This document shows, piece after piece, positions 1 to 10,100 of a DNA stretch of 64,000 bases; the stretch's first letter is position 1, and every line of letters starts with the position of its first letter. The translations under genes were made by a program, and so were the position numbers. The stretch is from Candidatus Latescibacterota bacterium. Its GTDB lineage: Bacteria > Latescibacterota > UBA2968 > GCA-2709665. A model generated the notes under the pieces. It did not search any database, had not been told where the DNA came from, and saw only the letters and a program-made list of their open reading frames with translations. Location of the stretch: the NCBI GenBank assembly GCA_963662665.2, contig CAXXJS010000017.1:1-64000 (forward strand), in the 5' to 3' direction.

Positions 1-849
1 AACCTGGGTCTGAAAATCCTGGGGCGCCGGCAGGATGGTTATCACAATATCGTTTCCGTGCTGCAGACCGTGGACCTGTGCGACCGGCTGGTGTTCACGC
101 CCGCGGCGCCCGGGAAAACCCTGATCTGTTGCGACCACCCGGACGTACCCTCCGGCCCGGAGAATCTCGTCTATCGCGCCGCGGAGATACTGCGCCGCGA
201 GACGGGCGCCGGGCATGGGGTGCGCGTGGACCTGGTCAAGCGCATTCCCGCGGGCGCGGGCCTGGGCGGAGGCAGTTCCAACGCGGCCGCGACCCTGCGC
301 GCGCTGGATCGGCTTTGGGGATTGCATCTGAATCCTGAGCGTTTGGCCTCGCTCGCGGCGGAACTCGGGTCCGACGTCCCGTTCTTTCTCACTGGCGGCA
401 CGGCCGCTGTATCGGGGCGCGGAGAGCGGGTCCGGCCGGTGGATTGGGAGGGTGATTTCTGGTACGTGCTGGTGTATCCCGGGTTTTCCGTATCCACTGC
501 GTGGGCTTATCAAAACGTGAGAATTGGCTTGACAGAATCCGCGGCGTATGGTACATTTCTGGACTTTACGGTAAAATCCGGCCGGATCTGCGCTGGCCGA
601 TTGTTCGCGTGCCTGGAAAACGACTTTCTGCCTCTCGTGAAAGACGCCGGCGGCGACGTGGCGCGGATCCTTGCGGCTCTGGCCGGCGAAGGTGCGGTAG
701 CGTGCTCGCTTTCGGGCAGCGGATCCACCCTCTTCGGCGTTTTTCGTGAGGCCCGGCATGCTTCGGCCGCAGTTGTTTCCGTGCAGGGCCGTGGGCGTCG
801 GGTCTATCTGTGTCGCTACCGGCAGCAGGCGCTCCGAACGGCCGGGTAA
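1..849 (+). CDS. ispE: 4-diphosphocytidyl-2-C-methyl-D-erythritol kinase (5' partial)
   Basis: Frame open from base 1 (NLGLKILGRRQDGYH); GHMP motif KRIPAGAGLGGGSSNAA, LGSDVPFF, SLSGSGST. Confidence 0.95.
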   Translation, partial: NLGLKILGRRQDGYHNIVSVLQTVDLCDRLVFTPAAPGKTLICCDHPDVPSGPENLVYRAAEILRRETGAGHGVRVDLVKRIPAGAGLGGGSSNAAATLRALDRLWGLHLNPERLASLAAELGSDVPFFLTGGTAAVSGRGERVRPVDWEGDFWYVLVYPGFSVSTAWAYQNVRIGLTESAAYGTFLDFTVKSGRICAGRLFACLENDFLPLVKDAGGDVARILAALAGEGAVACSLSGSGSTLFGVFREARHASAAVVSVQGRGRRVYLCRYRQQALRTAG

Positions 850-859
850 CGGGTATAGA

Positions 860-930
860 TGCCGGGTCGTCTAAAGGTAAGACAGCGGCCTTTGGAGCCG
901 TTTATCGGGGTTCGAATCCCTGCCCGGCAG
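860..930 (+). tRNA. tRNA-Gln (anticodon TTG); CCA not encoded
   Basis: Acceptor stem tgccggg/cccggca, anticodon arm gcggc-ctTTGga-gccgt, T-loop ttcgaat; usual position after ispE. Confidence 0.93.
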
Positions 931-958
931 TACAAAAGTTCAGGTGGAGGATCAGTCA

Positions 959-1645
959 ATGGCTGACAATAACGGCGTAAGTTTGCAGGCCGATGTACGA
1001 GCGGGAACCGGAAAGGGCGAGGCCAAGCGAATCCGGCGTACCGGACGTATTCCGGCGGTAGTCTATGGGGACCGGAGCGCGCCCGTCGCCTGTTCGGTAA
1101 ACGCGAGGGAATTATCCACGGTCTTGCACGAACACGGGCGGAATACGCTGGTGACCCTGGTTGTGGGCAACGGAGAGGAACAGTCCGAAGACACCGCCAT
1201 CGTCAAGGACCTGCAGCACCACCCCGTCGGCGGCCATCTTCTCCATGCGGATTTTTACCGGATCTCACTCACGCAGAAAATCGTGGTGGACGTTCGCGTA
1301 GTGGCCGAAGGCATTCCGGCCGGCGTCCGCGCGGAGAGCGGTATTCTGGAGCAGTTGCTGCACCAGGTGGAGGTGTCCTGCCTGCCCGCCGAGATCCCGG
1401 AAAACATCGGGTTCGACGTTACGGATATGGATATCGGAGATTCCGTTCATGTTTCCGATTTGAGTGTCGCGGGGAACGTGGAGATCGTTACCGAGGGTGA
1501 CCGGTCGCTGTTCGTGGTGGTCCCGCCCACCATTGCGCCGGTTGAAGAGGAAGAGGAAGAGTTGATCGACGAAGAGGAAGAGATGCAGGAACCCGAGGTC
1601 ATCGAACGCGGCAAGCGGGACGAGGACGAGGAAGACGAAGCATAA
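959..1645 (+). CDS. rplY: 50S ribosomal protein L25/Ctc
   Basis: GKGEAKRIRRTGRIPAVVYG, LHADFY, acidic tail; GGAGG upstream of ATG 959. Confidence 0.95.
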   Translation: MADNNGVSLQADVRAGTGKGEAKRIRRTGRIPAVVYGDRSAPVACSVNARELSTVLHEHGRNTLVTLVVGNGEEQSEDTAIVKDLQHHPVGGHLLHADFYRISLTQKIVVDVRVVAEGIPAGVRAESGILEQLLHQVEVSCLPAEIPENIGFDVTDMDIGDSVHVSDLSVAGNVEIVTEGDRSLFVVVPPTIAPVEEEEEELIDEEEEMQEPEVIERGKRDEDEEDEA

Positions 1646-1677
1646 CGGCGCTCCGTTACACGCGCTTTTTGATTCAA

Positions 1678-1702
1678 GCTGACGGCTGATAGCTGATAGC
1701 TG
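1678..1702 (+). repeat. Tandem heptamer (GCTGAYA/G) run; related runs near 2750-2826, 6833-6856, 12134-12156 and, reversed, near 62218-62243 and 63917-63945
   Basis: agctgacggctgatagctgatagctg and degenerate copies, all intergenic. Confidence 0.7.
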
Positions 1703-1717
1703 CCTTTGGGGGTTTTC

Positions 1718-2278
1718 GTGAAGGTTGTCGTGGGTCTGGGCAACCCGGGTTCCGAATACGCTCATACCCGCCACAACCTGGGTTTTCGGGTCGTGGATCT
1801 GCTGGCAGAGAGATTGAAGGGAACCTGGTCGGAAAGCGCCTGGTATTTTTTTTGCCGTACCGCGAAAGGTCCCGAACCGCTGTTGCTGGTGAAACCGACC
1901 ACCTATATGAACCGCAGCGGCATTGCGGTTGCGCACGTTCTCGAACGGTTCGAAGCCTGCATTGAAGACGTCCTGGTGGTTGTCGACGACGTTCATCTCA
2001 GCCTGGGCCGGATCCGGCTGCGGCGCGGGGGCAGCGACGGGGGCCACAACGGGCTCGGGTCCATTATCGATTGTATCGGATCCACCGCATTTCCCCGGTT
2101 GCGGGCGGGTGTCGGCGCGCCGACGGAAGATGCGGACCGGATCGAGCACGTCCTGAACCCGTTCGAAGCCGGCGAGCTTGAAACGGTTGAAACGGTGATT
2201 CGCGAAGCGGCCAACGGCGTGGAATGCTGGATTGGATCCGGAATAGACGAGGCGATGAACCGTTACAATTCATCGTAG
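1718..2278 (+). CDS. pth: Peptidyl-tRNA hydrolase
   Basis: VVGLGNPG...TRHNLGF, KPTTYMNRSG, GGHNGL. Confidence 0.95.
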   Translation: MKVVVGLGNPGSEYAHTRHNLGFRVVDLLAERLKGTWSESAWYFFCRTAKGPEPLLLVKPTTYMNRSGIAVAHVLERFEACIEDVLVVVDDVHLSLGRIRLRRGGSDGGHNGLGSIIDCIGSTAFPRLRAGVGAPTEDADRIEHVLNPFEAGELETVETVIREAANGVECWIGSGIDEAMNRYNSS

Positions 2279-2322
2279 AAGCAAACCCAAATTCAGTATA
2301 AATCATTAATTTTATTTTTTTT

Positions 2323-2596
2323 ATGCCCTTTTTCTTTCTCGCCAAAGAAAAAGGGCCAAAAAGAACGGCGCCGCTCAGACGCCGCGGGGCTGCTTTACCG
2401 CGAATCGCCCCCGTGGCGAAATTGCAGTTGGGCGCCCTACAAGCCTGTCAGATGTACCAGTACTGTTGTGATGGACGGAATAACGCGCAAAAGCCCCAAC
2501 ACCACCACCGGGCGCTTGAAGGGAAAAACCGTGTGATCGGGCGCGACCTACCCCCTGTCCCCTTCCCAAGGGAAGGGGGGAACTGTCATCAACTGA
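2323..2596 (+). repeat. Modular intergenic element, copy A (69-nt variable core 2406-2474)
   Basis: Head ctttttctttctcgccaaagaaaaagggccaaaaagaacggcgccgctc and tail gcgcgacctacccc shared with other copies. Confidence 0.9.
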
Positions 2597-2858
2597 GGAC
2601 TTCACGCTTTGCTCCCTTTCCGCCGATAGCTATGAGCTTTTCCGAGCGGTCTCTGGATTTTGAATTTGGTTTTCGCCTTTTCGTTTTTGGCTGACAGCTT
2701 TTCTTTGTGTCTCCGTGTGAGTCGTTTCTGGTTTCGTTTTTGATCTTTGCTGACAGCTAATAGCTGCCTTTCCCATCGTGTCTTTGTGTGAGCTGATTTT
2801 TGCTTTTGGCTGATAGCTGATTGCTGCTTTGCAGATCGCCGCTTTTTTGGAGGTTTCT

Positions 2859-4871
2859 ATGTTCTGGACGCCAATCTTTGGGATCGCCGGGTTGCTGGTT
2901 GCCGGGCTGGTTTATCTCCGGATTACCCGTAAACCGGCCGGCACCGAACGGATGCAGGAGATTTCGGACGCCATCCACGAAGGCGCCATGGCGTTTTTGA
3001 AACGCGAATACGTGGTCCTGGCTATTTTCATCGTGGCGGTATTCATCCTGCTTTTGATCGGCATCCGGCCGTTCAGTACGGCCTTCGCTTTCCTGGCCGG
3101 CGCAATCTGTTCGATATGCGCCGGTTTTTTCGGGATGAAGGCGGCCACGAAGGCCAACGTGCGCACCGCGTACGCCGCCAACCGCGAGGGACAGGCAGCG
3201 GCCCTGAGCGTGGCTTTTTCCGGCGGCACGGTGATGGGTCTCTCGGTGGCCAGCCTGGGTCTGTTGGGGGTGGGGGTATTGTTCATCTTGTACGGCAACA
3301 CGGATCAGGCGGTAATCATCAACGGGTTTGCCATGGGCGCCAGTTCCATCGCCTTGTTCGCGCGCGTGGGCGGGGGTATCTATACCAAAACGGCCGACGT
3401 GGGCGCGGACCTGGTTGGCAAGGTGGAGGCAGGCATTCCCGAGGACGACCCGCGCAACCCCGCGGCGCTCGCCGACTTCGTGGGCGACAACGTGGGCGAC
3501 GTGGCCGGAATGGGGGCCGATATTTTCGAGTCCTACGTGGGCTCCATCGTGGCAACGATCGCCATCGCGGCCACGGCTGCACCGGCGTTGTTACCCAAAC
3601 TGTACGGCAGTTCCGTGTACGACGGCGAGGTTGTGAAACTGACGGCCATGCAACTGCCGCTGATCGTGGCCACCATCGGCCTGGTGGCGTCGTTGATCGG
3701 CGTCCTTGCAATGCAGGTCCTGCAGCGCTTCAGTCCCGCGGCCGCCCTCCGCTACGCTTCCTTTGTGGCTGCGGGCATCATGTTCGCGGGCAGCTATTTC
3801 GCGGTGGACGGCATGGGCCTCTCCGAGGGGGTTTTCTGGGCAATTCTCCTGGGCGGCCTCACCGGCATACTGATCGGGCTGCTCACCGAATACTATACCG
3901 GCGGCTCTCCGGTTGCCAGGGTGGCCGAAGCCTCCGAGACCGGGCCCGCCACCAATATCATTTCAGGCCTGGCCATAGGCATGCAAAGCACCTTCCTTCC
4001 CGTGCTGTGCATCTGCGCCGCCATCGGGTTCGCCTATCATTTCGCCGGGCTGTACGGCATTGGCATCGCGGCCGTGGGAATGCTGGGAACCGTGGGCATC
4101 ACCATGGCGGTGGACGCGTACGGACCCATCGCGGACAACGCGGGCGGCATTTCCGAGATGGCGGAACTCGGACCCGAAACAAGGAAGATCACCGACGGCC
4201 TGGACGCGCTGGGGAATACCACCGCGGCCATCGGCAAGGGCTTCGCCATCGGTTCGGCGGCACTCACCGCCCTCGCCCTTTTCTCGGCCTATGCGTCGAC
4301 CGTGAAGCTGGAGGTTATCAATCTCACCTCGCCGATGGTCGTGATCGGCCTGTTCATCGGCGGCGCCATCCCGTTTCTGGTTGCCGCGCAGACGATGACC
4401 TCGGTGGGGCGGGCGGCATTCCGCATGGTTGAAGAGGTCCGGCGGCAGTTCAGGGAGATTCCGGGATTGATGGAAGGCACCGGCAAACCCGATACCCGGC
4501 GCTGCGTGGATATCAGTACGGTCGCGGCGCTGCGTGAAATGGTGCCGCCGGGGTTGGTTGCCGTACTCACGCCGGTGCTGGTCGGATTCATCCTCGGCAA
4601 GGAAGCGCTCGGCGGCATGCTGGCCGGCGCCCTGTTGAGCGGCATGCTCATGGCGCTGATGATGGCCAACAGCGGCGGCGTGCTGGACAACGGCAAGAAG
4701 CATATTGAAGAGGGTCATTTCGGCGGAAAGGGATCCGAAGCCCACAAGGCCTCGGTGGTTGGCGACACCGTGGGCGATCCGTTGAAGGACACCTCCGGCC
4801 CCTCGCTGAACATTCTGATCAAGCTCATGTCCGTTGTCTCGCTGGTCCTGGCGCCATTGTTGATTGATTGA
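2859..4871 (+). CDS. hppA: Membrane ion-translocating pyrophosphatase, K+-dependent signature
   Basis: [30 protein letters not shown] (Ala = K+-dependent), [10 protein letters not shown]; many TM helices. Confidence 0.93.
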   Translation: MFWTPIFGIAGLLVAGLVYLRITRKPAGTERMQEISDAIHEGAMAFLKREYVVLAIFIVAVFILLLIGIRPFSTAFAFLAGAICSICAGFFGMKAATKANVRTAYAANREGQAAALSVAFSGGTVMGLSVASLGLLGVGVLFILYGNTDQAVIINGFAMGASSIALFARVGGGIYTKTADVGADLVGKVEAGIPEDDPRNPAALADFVGDNVGDVAGMGADIFESYVGSIVATIAIAATAAPALLPKLYGSSVYDGEVVKLTAMQLPLIVATIGLVASLIGVLAMQVLQRFSPAAALRYASFVAAGIMFAGSYFAVDGMGLSEGVFWAILLGGLTGILIGLLTEYYTGGSPVARVAEASETGPATNIISGLAIGMQSTFLPVLCICAAIGFAYHFAGLYGIGIAAVGMLGTVGITMAVDAYGPIADNAGGISEMAELGPETRKITDGLDALGNTTAAIGKGFAIGSAALTALALFSAYASTVKLEVINLTSPMVVIGLFIGGAIPFLVAAQTMTSVGRAAFRMVEEVRRQFREIPGLMEGTGKPDTRRCVDISTVAALREMVPPGLVAVLTPVLVGFILGKEALGGMLAGALLSGMLMALMMANSGGVLDNGKKHIEEGHFGGKGSEAHKASVVGDTVGDPLKDTSGPSLNILIKLMSVVSLVLAPLLID

Positions 4872-5164
4872 TTCTATAAAGGGAAGAAGGAAGAAGTGTT
4901 GGAAACATTGCCCCGTGACACGTCCGCAACGGGATACTTGCTGAGTGACGCGAGTAGTGAATTGCGAATGGGAGCGTGAAACCGGCGTGAATCACTTCAG
5001 TTCAGACCGGAGGCATAAAGGAAGAGCAGATCGAGCGTGGATTTCTTCTACCGGCTTCCGTCTCACGTCTTACCGCCTTTTACCTTTCCCTTTGTACCCT
5101 TTGTGTCTTCGTGTGAGTTGATTGTCTTCTTTGATGCTGTACGTAAATCGCTGTTTCCCATTCA

Positions 5165-5223
5165 CCCCGCTCGTGGGCGCCCGTCCGGGCCGTCCGCGGG
5201 CCACCTGTCCAGGGGGAGGTTCC
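5165..5223 (+). promoter_or_regulatory. Possible S6:S18 autoregulatory leader
   Basis: cccc...gtgg / ccac...gggggagg pairing that would sequester the rpsF SD; expected position; judged by eye only. Confidence 0.35.
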
Positions 5224-5583
5224 GTGTCAAAACGTTACGAACTCACGGTCATTATCAATACCCAGGCGCCCGATAACGCGGTGGACAACGTCGTCGCCCG
5301 TTTCGATCGCCTCGTTTCCGAAGGCGGAGGCCGGTCGGTAGAGGTCGACCGCTGGGGCACGCGCAAAATGGCCTACGAGATTGGCAAACAGCAGCGCGGC
5401 GACTACACGATCATCCGCTTCGAGGCCCCGCCGGACGTGCTGCCTGAGGTGGACCGGATGTTCAAACTGGATGAGTCCGTGTTGAGGCACCTGGTCGTTC
5501 TGGACGAAAGCCCGGTGGAGGAAGAACCGGAAGAAGAAGAAAACGCTGAATCAGGCGGCGAAAACGAGGAGGAGGGCGCATGA
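5224..5583 (+). CDS. rpsF: 30S ribosomal protein S6
   Basis: [27 protein letters not shown]; GTG start after GGAGG. Confidence 0.93.
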   Translation: MSKRYELTVIINTQAPDNAVDNVVARFDRLVSEGGGRSVEVDRWGTRKMAYEIGKQQRGDYTIIRFEAPPDVLPEVDRMFKLDESVLRHLVVLDESPVEEEPEEEENAESGGENEEEGA

Positions 5584-5804
5584 ACCGGTCCACCGTGAAG
5601 GTATGCAGATTTTGCGAAGACAAGGCGTTGACAATCGACTACAAGGACGTGCGGATGCTGCAGCGGTTCGTGACGGATCGGGGAAAGATTATCCCCCGGC
5701 GCGTATCGGGGACCTGCGCGAGGCACCAGCGCAACCTCACCCGGCATCTCAAACGCGCCCGCCAGATCGCGCTGTTGCCTTTTGCAACAGATCACATGAA
5801 TTAG
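5580..5804 (+). CDS. rpsR: 30S ribosomal protein S18 (Zn-binding form)
   Basis: [34 protein letters not shown]. Confidence 0.96.
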   Translation: MNRSTVKVCRFCEDKALTIDYKDVRMLQRFVTDRGKIIPRRVSGTCARHQRNLTRHLKRARQIALLPFATDHMN

Positions 5805-5878
5805 GGTGCTTTGGTCCGTAAGAGGCAGGGAGAGGGAAGAGGTAAGACGTTAGAGGAAAAACCTTGCCACCTTATGCG

Positions 5879-5986
5879 GCGCGACCTACCCCCTCCCCCG
5901 TGAGGGCCCCCGTGCCGTCATTGTCTCTATACTGGCGCGGCTATCGCTAACTGATCTCGCCAGTCCGTATCGCCAACCCTCCCCCT
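5879..5986 (+). repeat. 108-bp structured repeat, copy 1 (upstream of rplI)
   Basis: Near-identical to 6674-6781; begins with the gcgcgacctacccc junction of the modular element. Confidence 0.88.
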
Positions 5987-6129
5987 TTCCTTTAGGAGAG
6001 GGGGCCGGGGGGAGAGGTCTCGTCGATTCCATCTGTCAGCTTTCTCCGAGGTCCCTCGCGCTGACATTGATCGAATGGTTTTTCGTCTAACGTCTTCCCG
6101 CTGACCGTACTTAAAGGATGGTACTCACC

Positions 6130-6573
6130 ATGAAAATTATCCTCACCGAAAGCCATGATAACCTGGGCGATGCCGGCTCCGTTGTGGTCGTCAAGGACGG
6201 CTATGCCCGGAACTACCTGATCCCCCGCAAACTGGCCCTTGTGGCCAGCAAGGGCAACATGCGGGTATACGAAGAACTCAAACGGCAGAAGGAAGCCCAC
6301 AGCACCCGCGCCCAGCGCGAGGCCGTGGCCCTCTCCGGGAAACTGGAGAAGGCATCGTGCACCATCCCCGTGGCGGTGGGCAAGGAAGACCAGATCTTCG
6401 GCTCCGTGACCGCGCAGCACGTCTCCGAGCAACTCGTCGAGCAGGGTTTCGAAATCGACCGGCGCTGGATCGAACTCGAAGAGCCCATCCGCGCGCTTGG
6501 GGTCTATGACGTCTCCATCCGCCTCCACGCCGAAGTCCAGGCAATCGTGAAGGTCTGGGTTGTTAAGGAGTAG
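6130..6573 (+). CDS. rplI: 50S ribosomal protein L9
   Basis: MKIIL...LG..G.VV.VKDGYARNYLIP, IFGSVT, PIRALG. Confidence 0.96.
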   Translation: MKIILTESHDNLGDAGSVVVVKDGYARNYLIPRKLALVASKGNMRVYEELKRQKEAHSTRAQREAVALSGKLEKASCTIPVAVGKEDQIFGSVTAQHVSEQLVEQGFEIDRRWIELEEPIRALGVYDVSIRLHAEVQAIVKVWVVKE

Positions 6574-6617
6574 CTGCTACCGGCAGGAAATGTAATAGAT
6601 AAAGACAAAGGCAAATG

Positions 6618-6653
6618 AGATGGGTTTCGCCATTGGCGCGCCCATCTTTTTTT
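6618..6653 (+). terminator. Intrinsic terminator after rplI
   Basis: agatggg...cccatct stem followed by a T run. Confidence 0.75.
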
Positions 6654-6673
6654 ATTATTTACGCCTTTTTCTC

Positions 6674-6781
6674 GCGCGACCTACCCCCAGTCTCGTGAGG
6701 GCCCCCGCGCCGTCGTTGTCTCTATACTGGCGCGGCTATCGCTAACTGATATCGCTTCGCCGTATCGCCAACCCTCCCCCT
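6674..6781 (+). repeat. 108-bp structured repeat, copy 2 (downstream of rplI)
   Basis: Direct repeat of 5879-5986. Confidence 0.88.
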
Positions 6782-7197
6782 CTCCCCCGGGGTGATGTGG
6801 ATTTTGAATTTGGCTTTCGCCTCTTTGTTCTTAGCTGACAGCTGATAGCTGATGGCTTTTTCCGAGGGGGTGAGGGTCTTTTCTTTCACCTGCGTGAAAG
6901 AAACGTCCAATCCTTCGCCGCATTTCACCCCCCGATGCCTCACGCCTTGAATCCCAATACAGGCTGAGGCATTATCTGTATCTATCGTAACGCCCCGGTC
7001 GAAATCCCGCGCCATAGAACCCCCCAGCCCCGTTCCCTCGTCATTTTCCGAAAGCGTAGCGTCAACCATGTTTGTTTGCCCCGCGCCCGGCGTTCAGGTT
7101 GCGTCTGGCATGCTTTTTGCCTCGTTCTCCACCGTTGGTGGTTTCGTCGCCGCAAGGCGGGCTTGCGTGAACGGTCTGATTCTTAGGGAGGTTGGCG

Positions 7198-10100
7198 ATG
7201 CAATTACGTAGATTTCTGGGTCCGGTTCTGGCGATTCAGATGGCTTTCGGCTTCGTCCGCGTTGCCTGGCCGCAGGAAGTCGCGGACACGCGGGGTATCG
7301 CGATTCGCGTCGACAATCCTGCTGCCGGTGCGTGGGCCCGAATCGACGACATGATCGACATTCGCATCCTGACATTCGACGGTATTCTCGACGCCGGTTT
7401 CCGCGTGTCGGTCGTCGACGCCACGCTCGACGACGACGACGTCGGCCTCACCGCCGGTGGTTCCGAAGCCGGGGATGGGTTCGTCTATTACAATATTTAT
7501 ATACCGGATCCGGGCAGTCCTCCACCCGGTGTCGCGTTCGGCGACGGCGAGGCGTCGGGCGTCGACACGTTCAGGGTATCCTTCGCCGTCTCCCCTCAGG
7601 TTACAGCCTTCGAGTCGAGAAACAGCCGCGCGGTGAAAGTTGTGGTCGACCTCGACGCCGCCACGTCAGGCAACGAGTTGAACAACCTGATGGCGGATCG
7701 GAAGATCACCCCCGCATCCTCGGGTTTCGGCGCCAGCAGTGTCGGCGACGGGGTGCGGTTCGGTGTCGATGGCAATCGCCCGATCCACGCGGGCGCCTTC
7801 ACGTCCTTCTCCGTTGTAACGAAAGACCTGGGTGTCGATATCACGGATGAGGGCCTGATCGAGCGCGTGAGGATCAAAAGTGGGGACATGGTCACAATCG
7901 GACTGCGGCTCAACACCGGTAACGTGATAAATGCGGGAGCGTACGGAATCCGGGTCGGAATTGTTGAGGAAGACTCGGCGTTTTCCACGGCGCCAGTTTC
8001 ATTTGAGCTTCTCGGTGACAAGCTGTACAGCGCGAACCTGCGTGAATCCCAGGAAGTCAAGGAGGGGGATTTCGCAGACAACCGGCGGGTACGTATCGAA
8101 GCCTATCTCGTTGATGCCGCCGGCAACCTCGGCGGCGCCTCGATGGGCGCCCCGACCGAGTCTCCCGTCAACGCCGGTCACGGACTTCCCGATGTATTCG
8201 ATCCGGGCGGTGTCGAGTGGATCGCGGACGCTAACTCGCCCTCGATTGCGATCGTCCATCCCCGTCCGGACAGCCCGGAAGACCGGATTTCGGCGGACGT
8301 CACGCAGACGCTTTCCGGTTATATACCCCTGCCCGGTGAGGCTCAGGGTGTTCAGGCCAACCGCAGGTTGAACCCGCTCGAGTTCAAACTCAGCGAAGTT
8401 CCGGACTCAATCAGGATCACTCATGGCGACAGCACGCACGGTATTGGCAGCGGCGCTGTCGATAACCTGACCACACCCGATGAAGATATGGCGCCGACCG
8501 GCAGTGATTCCACTGCCGCGCTCAGTCTTCCGTGGAAATACGACAAGGCCGGCGGGGTACGGGAAGACCTGATGATCGAGGTCTGGGACAGTGTTGGAAA
8601 CAGGTCTTCAACGGTTCTTGCGGGAATCTGGTACGACGAGAGGGCGCCGGTGATCGGTGATCTGTTTCCCGCCGCCGCCGCCGCGCCCAGGGACGCGGAC
8701 AACAACAACGAACCTACCATCAATCTGGCCACCAGGGATCCGGTCTTTACCATCGACGAAGAGCTGGATTCGCTGTCCGTCCGCTATGTCGAGACCGGCG
8801 GAGGCGCCACGGCAATCGAGCAGGGTTTCGGCAGCGGCAACCCTCGCCTGGAGACCATCGGCGGACTGGTGAATTGGCCGGTGAGCGATACGAACTTTTC
8901 CGAACGGAACAGGTATGACTTACAGATTCTGGCGATCGACCTCGCCGGCAACGCAAGCGTGACCGGCGGCGGCACGCTAACCTTTACCAGGGGTTTCCTC
9001 AACCCCAGAGCCGATATATTCAAGGTCGCCGCCGTGCCGGACCAGGCGGACTCGGTGGTTGCCGGTCAGGATTTCTCGATGCGGATTACCGCGCTGGACA
9101 CATCGCTGACCCGCATCGAGGAAACCGACGTTCCCGCGGTGACCTATCATGGAGTTGCGGCGTTGGCGGTCATCGTTTCGGGAGAACAGGCCCGCGCGCT
9201 CACCGGCGTGAGCTTCAGCGGGTTCGGTGTATCCGATGCGCCGGACTTTTCCCTTCCCGCCGACCTGGCGGGCGTGGGTATGGTGGCGAAAGCCGCCGTT
9301 CTGGACGACGACGGATGGAATGCGGGCCGGCGTGACGTCAGGTTCAAATCCACAAAGCCGCTCAGCAATGTCATCGTGATGGCCGCAGCGGGATTCAAAG
9401 ATCCGGTCACCGGGAACGACTCCCTTGCAATCGTGGGGCGGCTCGATGGTCTCGTCCACGTCAGCGTCTCCGAATTGTCGCGGTTTGAGGTAACGGCCAT
9501 CGAAGACCGGGACTCAACCGGCGCCGTCGCTGGCGGGTTTACGGTCCGGGTGGTTCCAGCCGACAAATTCGGCAACCCGAGTATGAAGATCGATCCAACG
9601 CCCGATTCGGGAACGTATGAATCGGTGGCCGTTGCGTTCGCTTCCAGTAACGGCGCGGTAACCGTGCCCTTCGGCCGGCAGGAGGTAGCCCTGGTGGACG
9701 GGACGGAATTCGGTGCGGTGGCAGACGACGTGGACGGGAGTGCCAGGGTCTCGGTTCGGACGATCCGGGAAGACTACGTAACCGACGCGGATGACGACTT
9801 CGCAGCGGCCGATGGAACCGATCCCGATGATACAACCGGCGCCCTGAGGGGCAGCGTGACAGTCGCGTTTGTGCCCGACGGCGGTTCCGAGGCTCCTCCC
9901 CCTGGCACGCCTGCCGCGCCCGCGAACATCGTGGTCGCGGACTATCTCGGCGCGGACGGTCAGGGCGACCAGGGCGGGCTGGTGCTGATCAGCTTCCCGA
10001 ATTCGTCGCAGCACGAGGCCGTGATTCACTACGAGATCGAACGGGAAATTGAAACGACGCTGGAAGGATACGATGAGGATGGTAACGAGATTCACAGCGA

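Noticed and set aside
2406-2474. Variable cores as products of a classical single-template DGR
   Set aside because: 56 of 69 positions vary, which would need an implausibly A-rich template. No reverse transcriptase or target gene is in the window, and the lack of invariant A among 13 sites is weak evidence.
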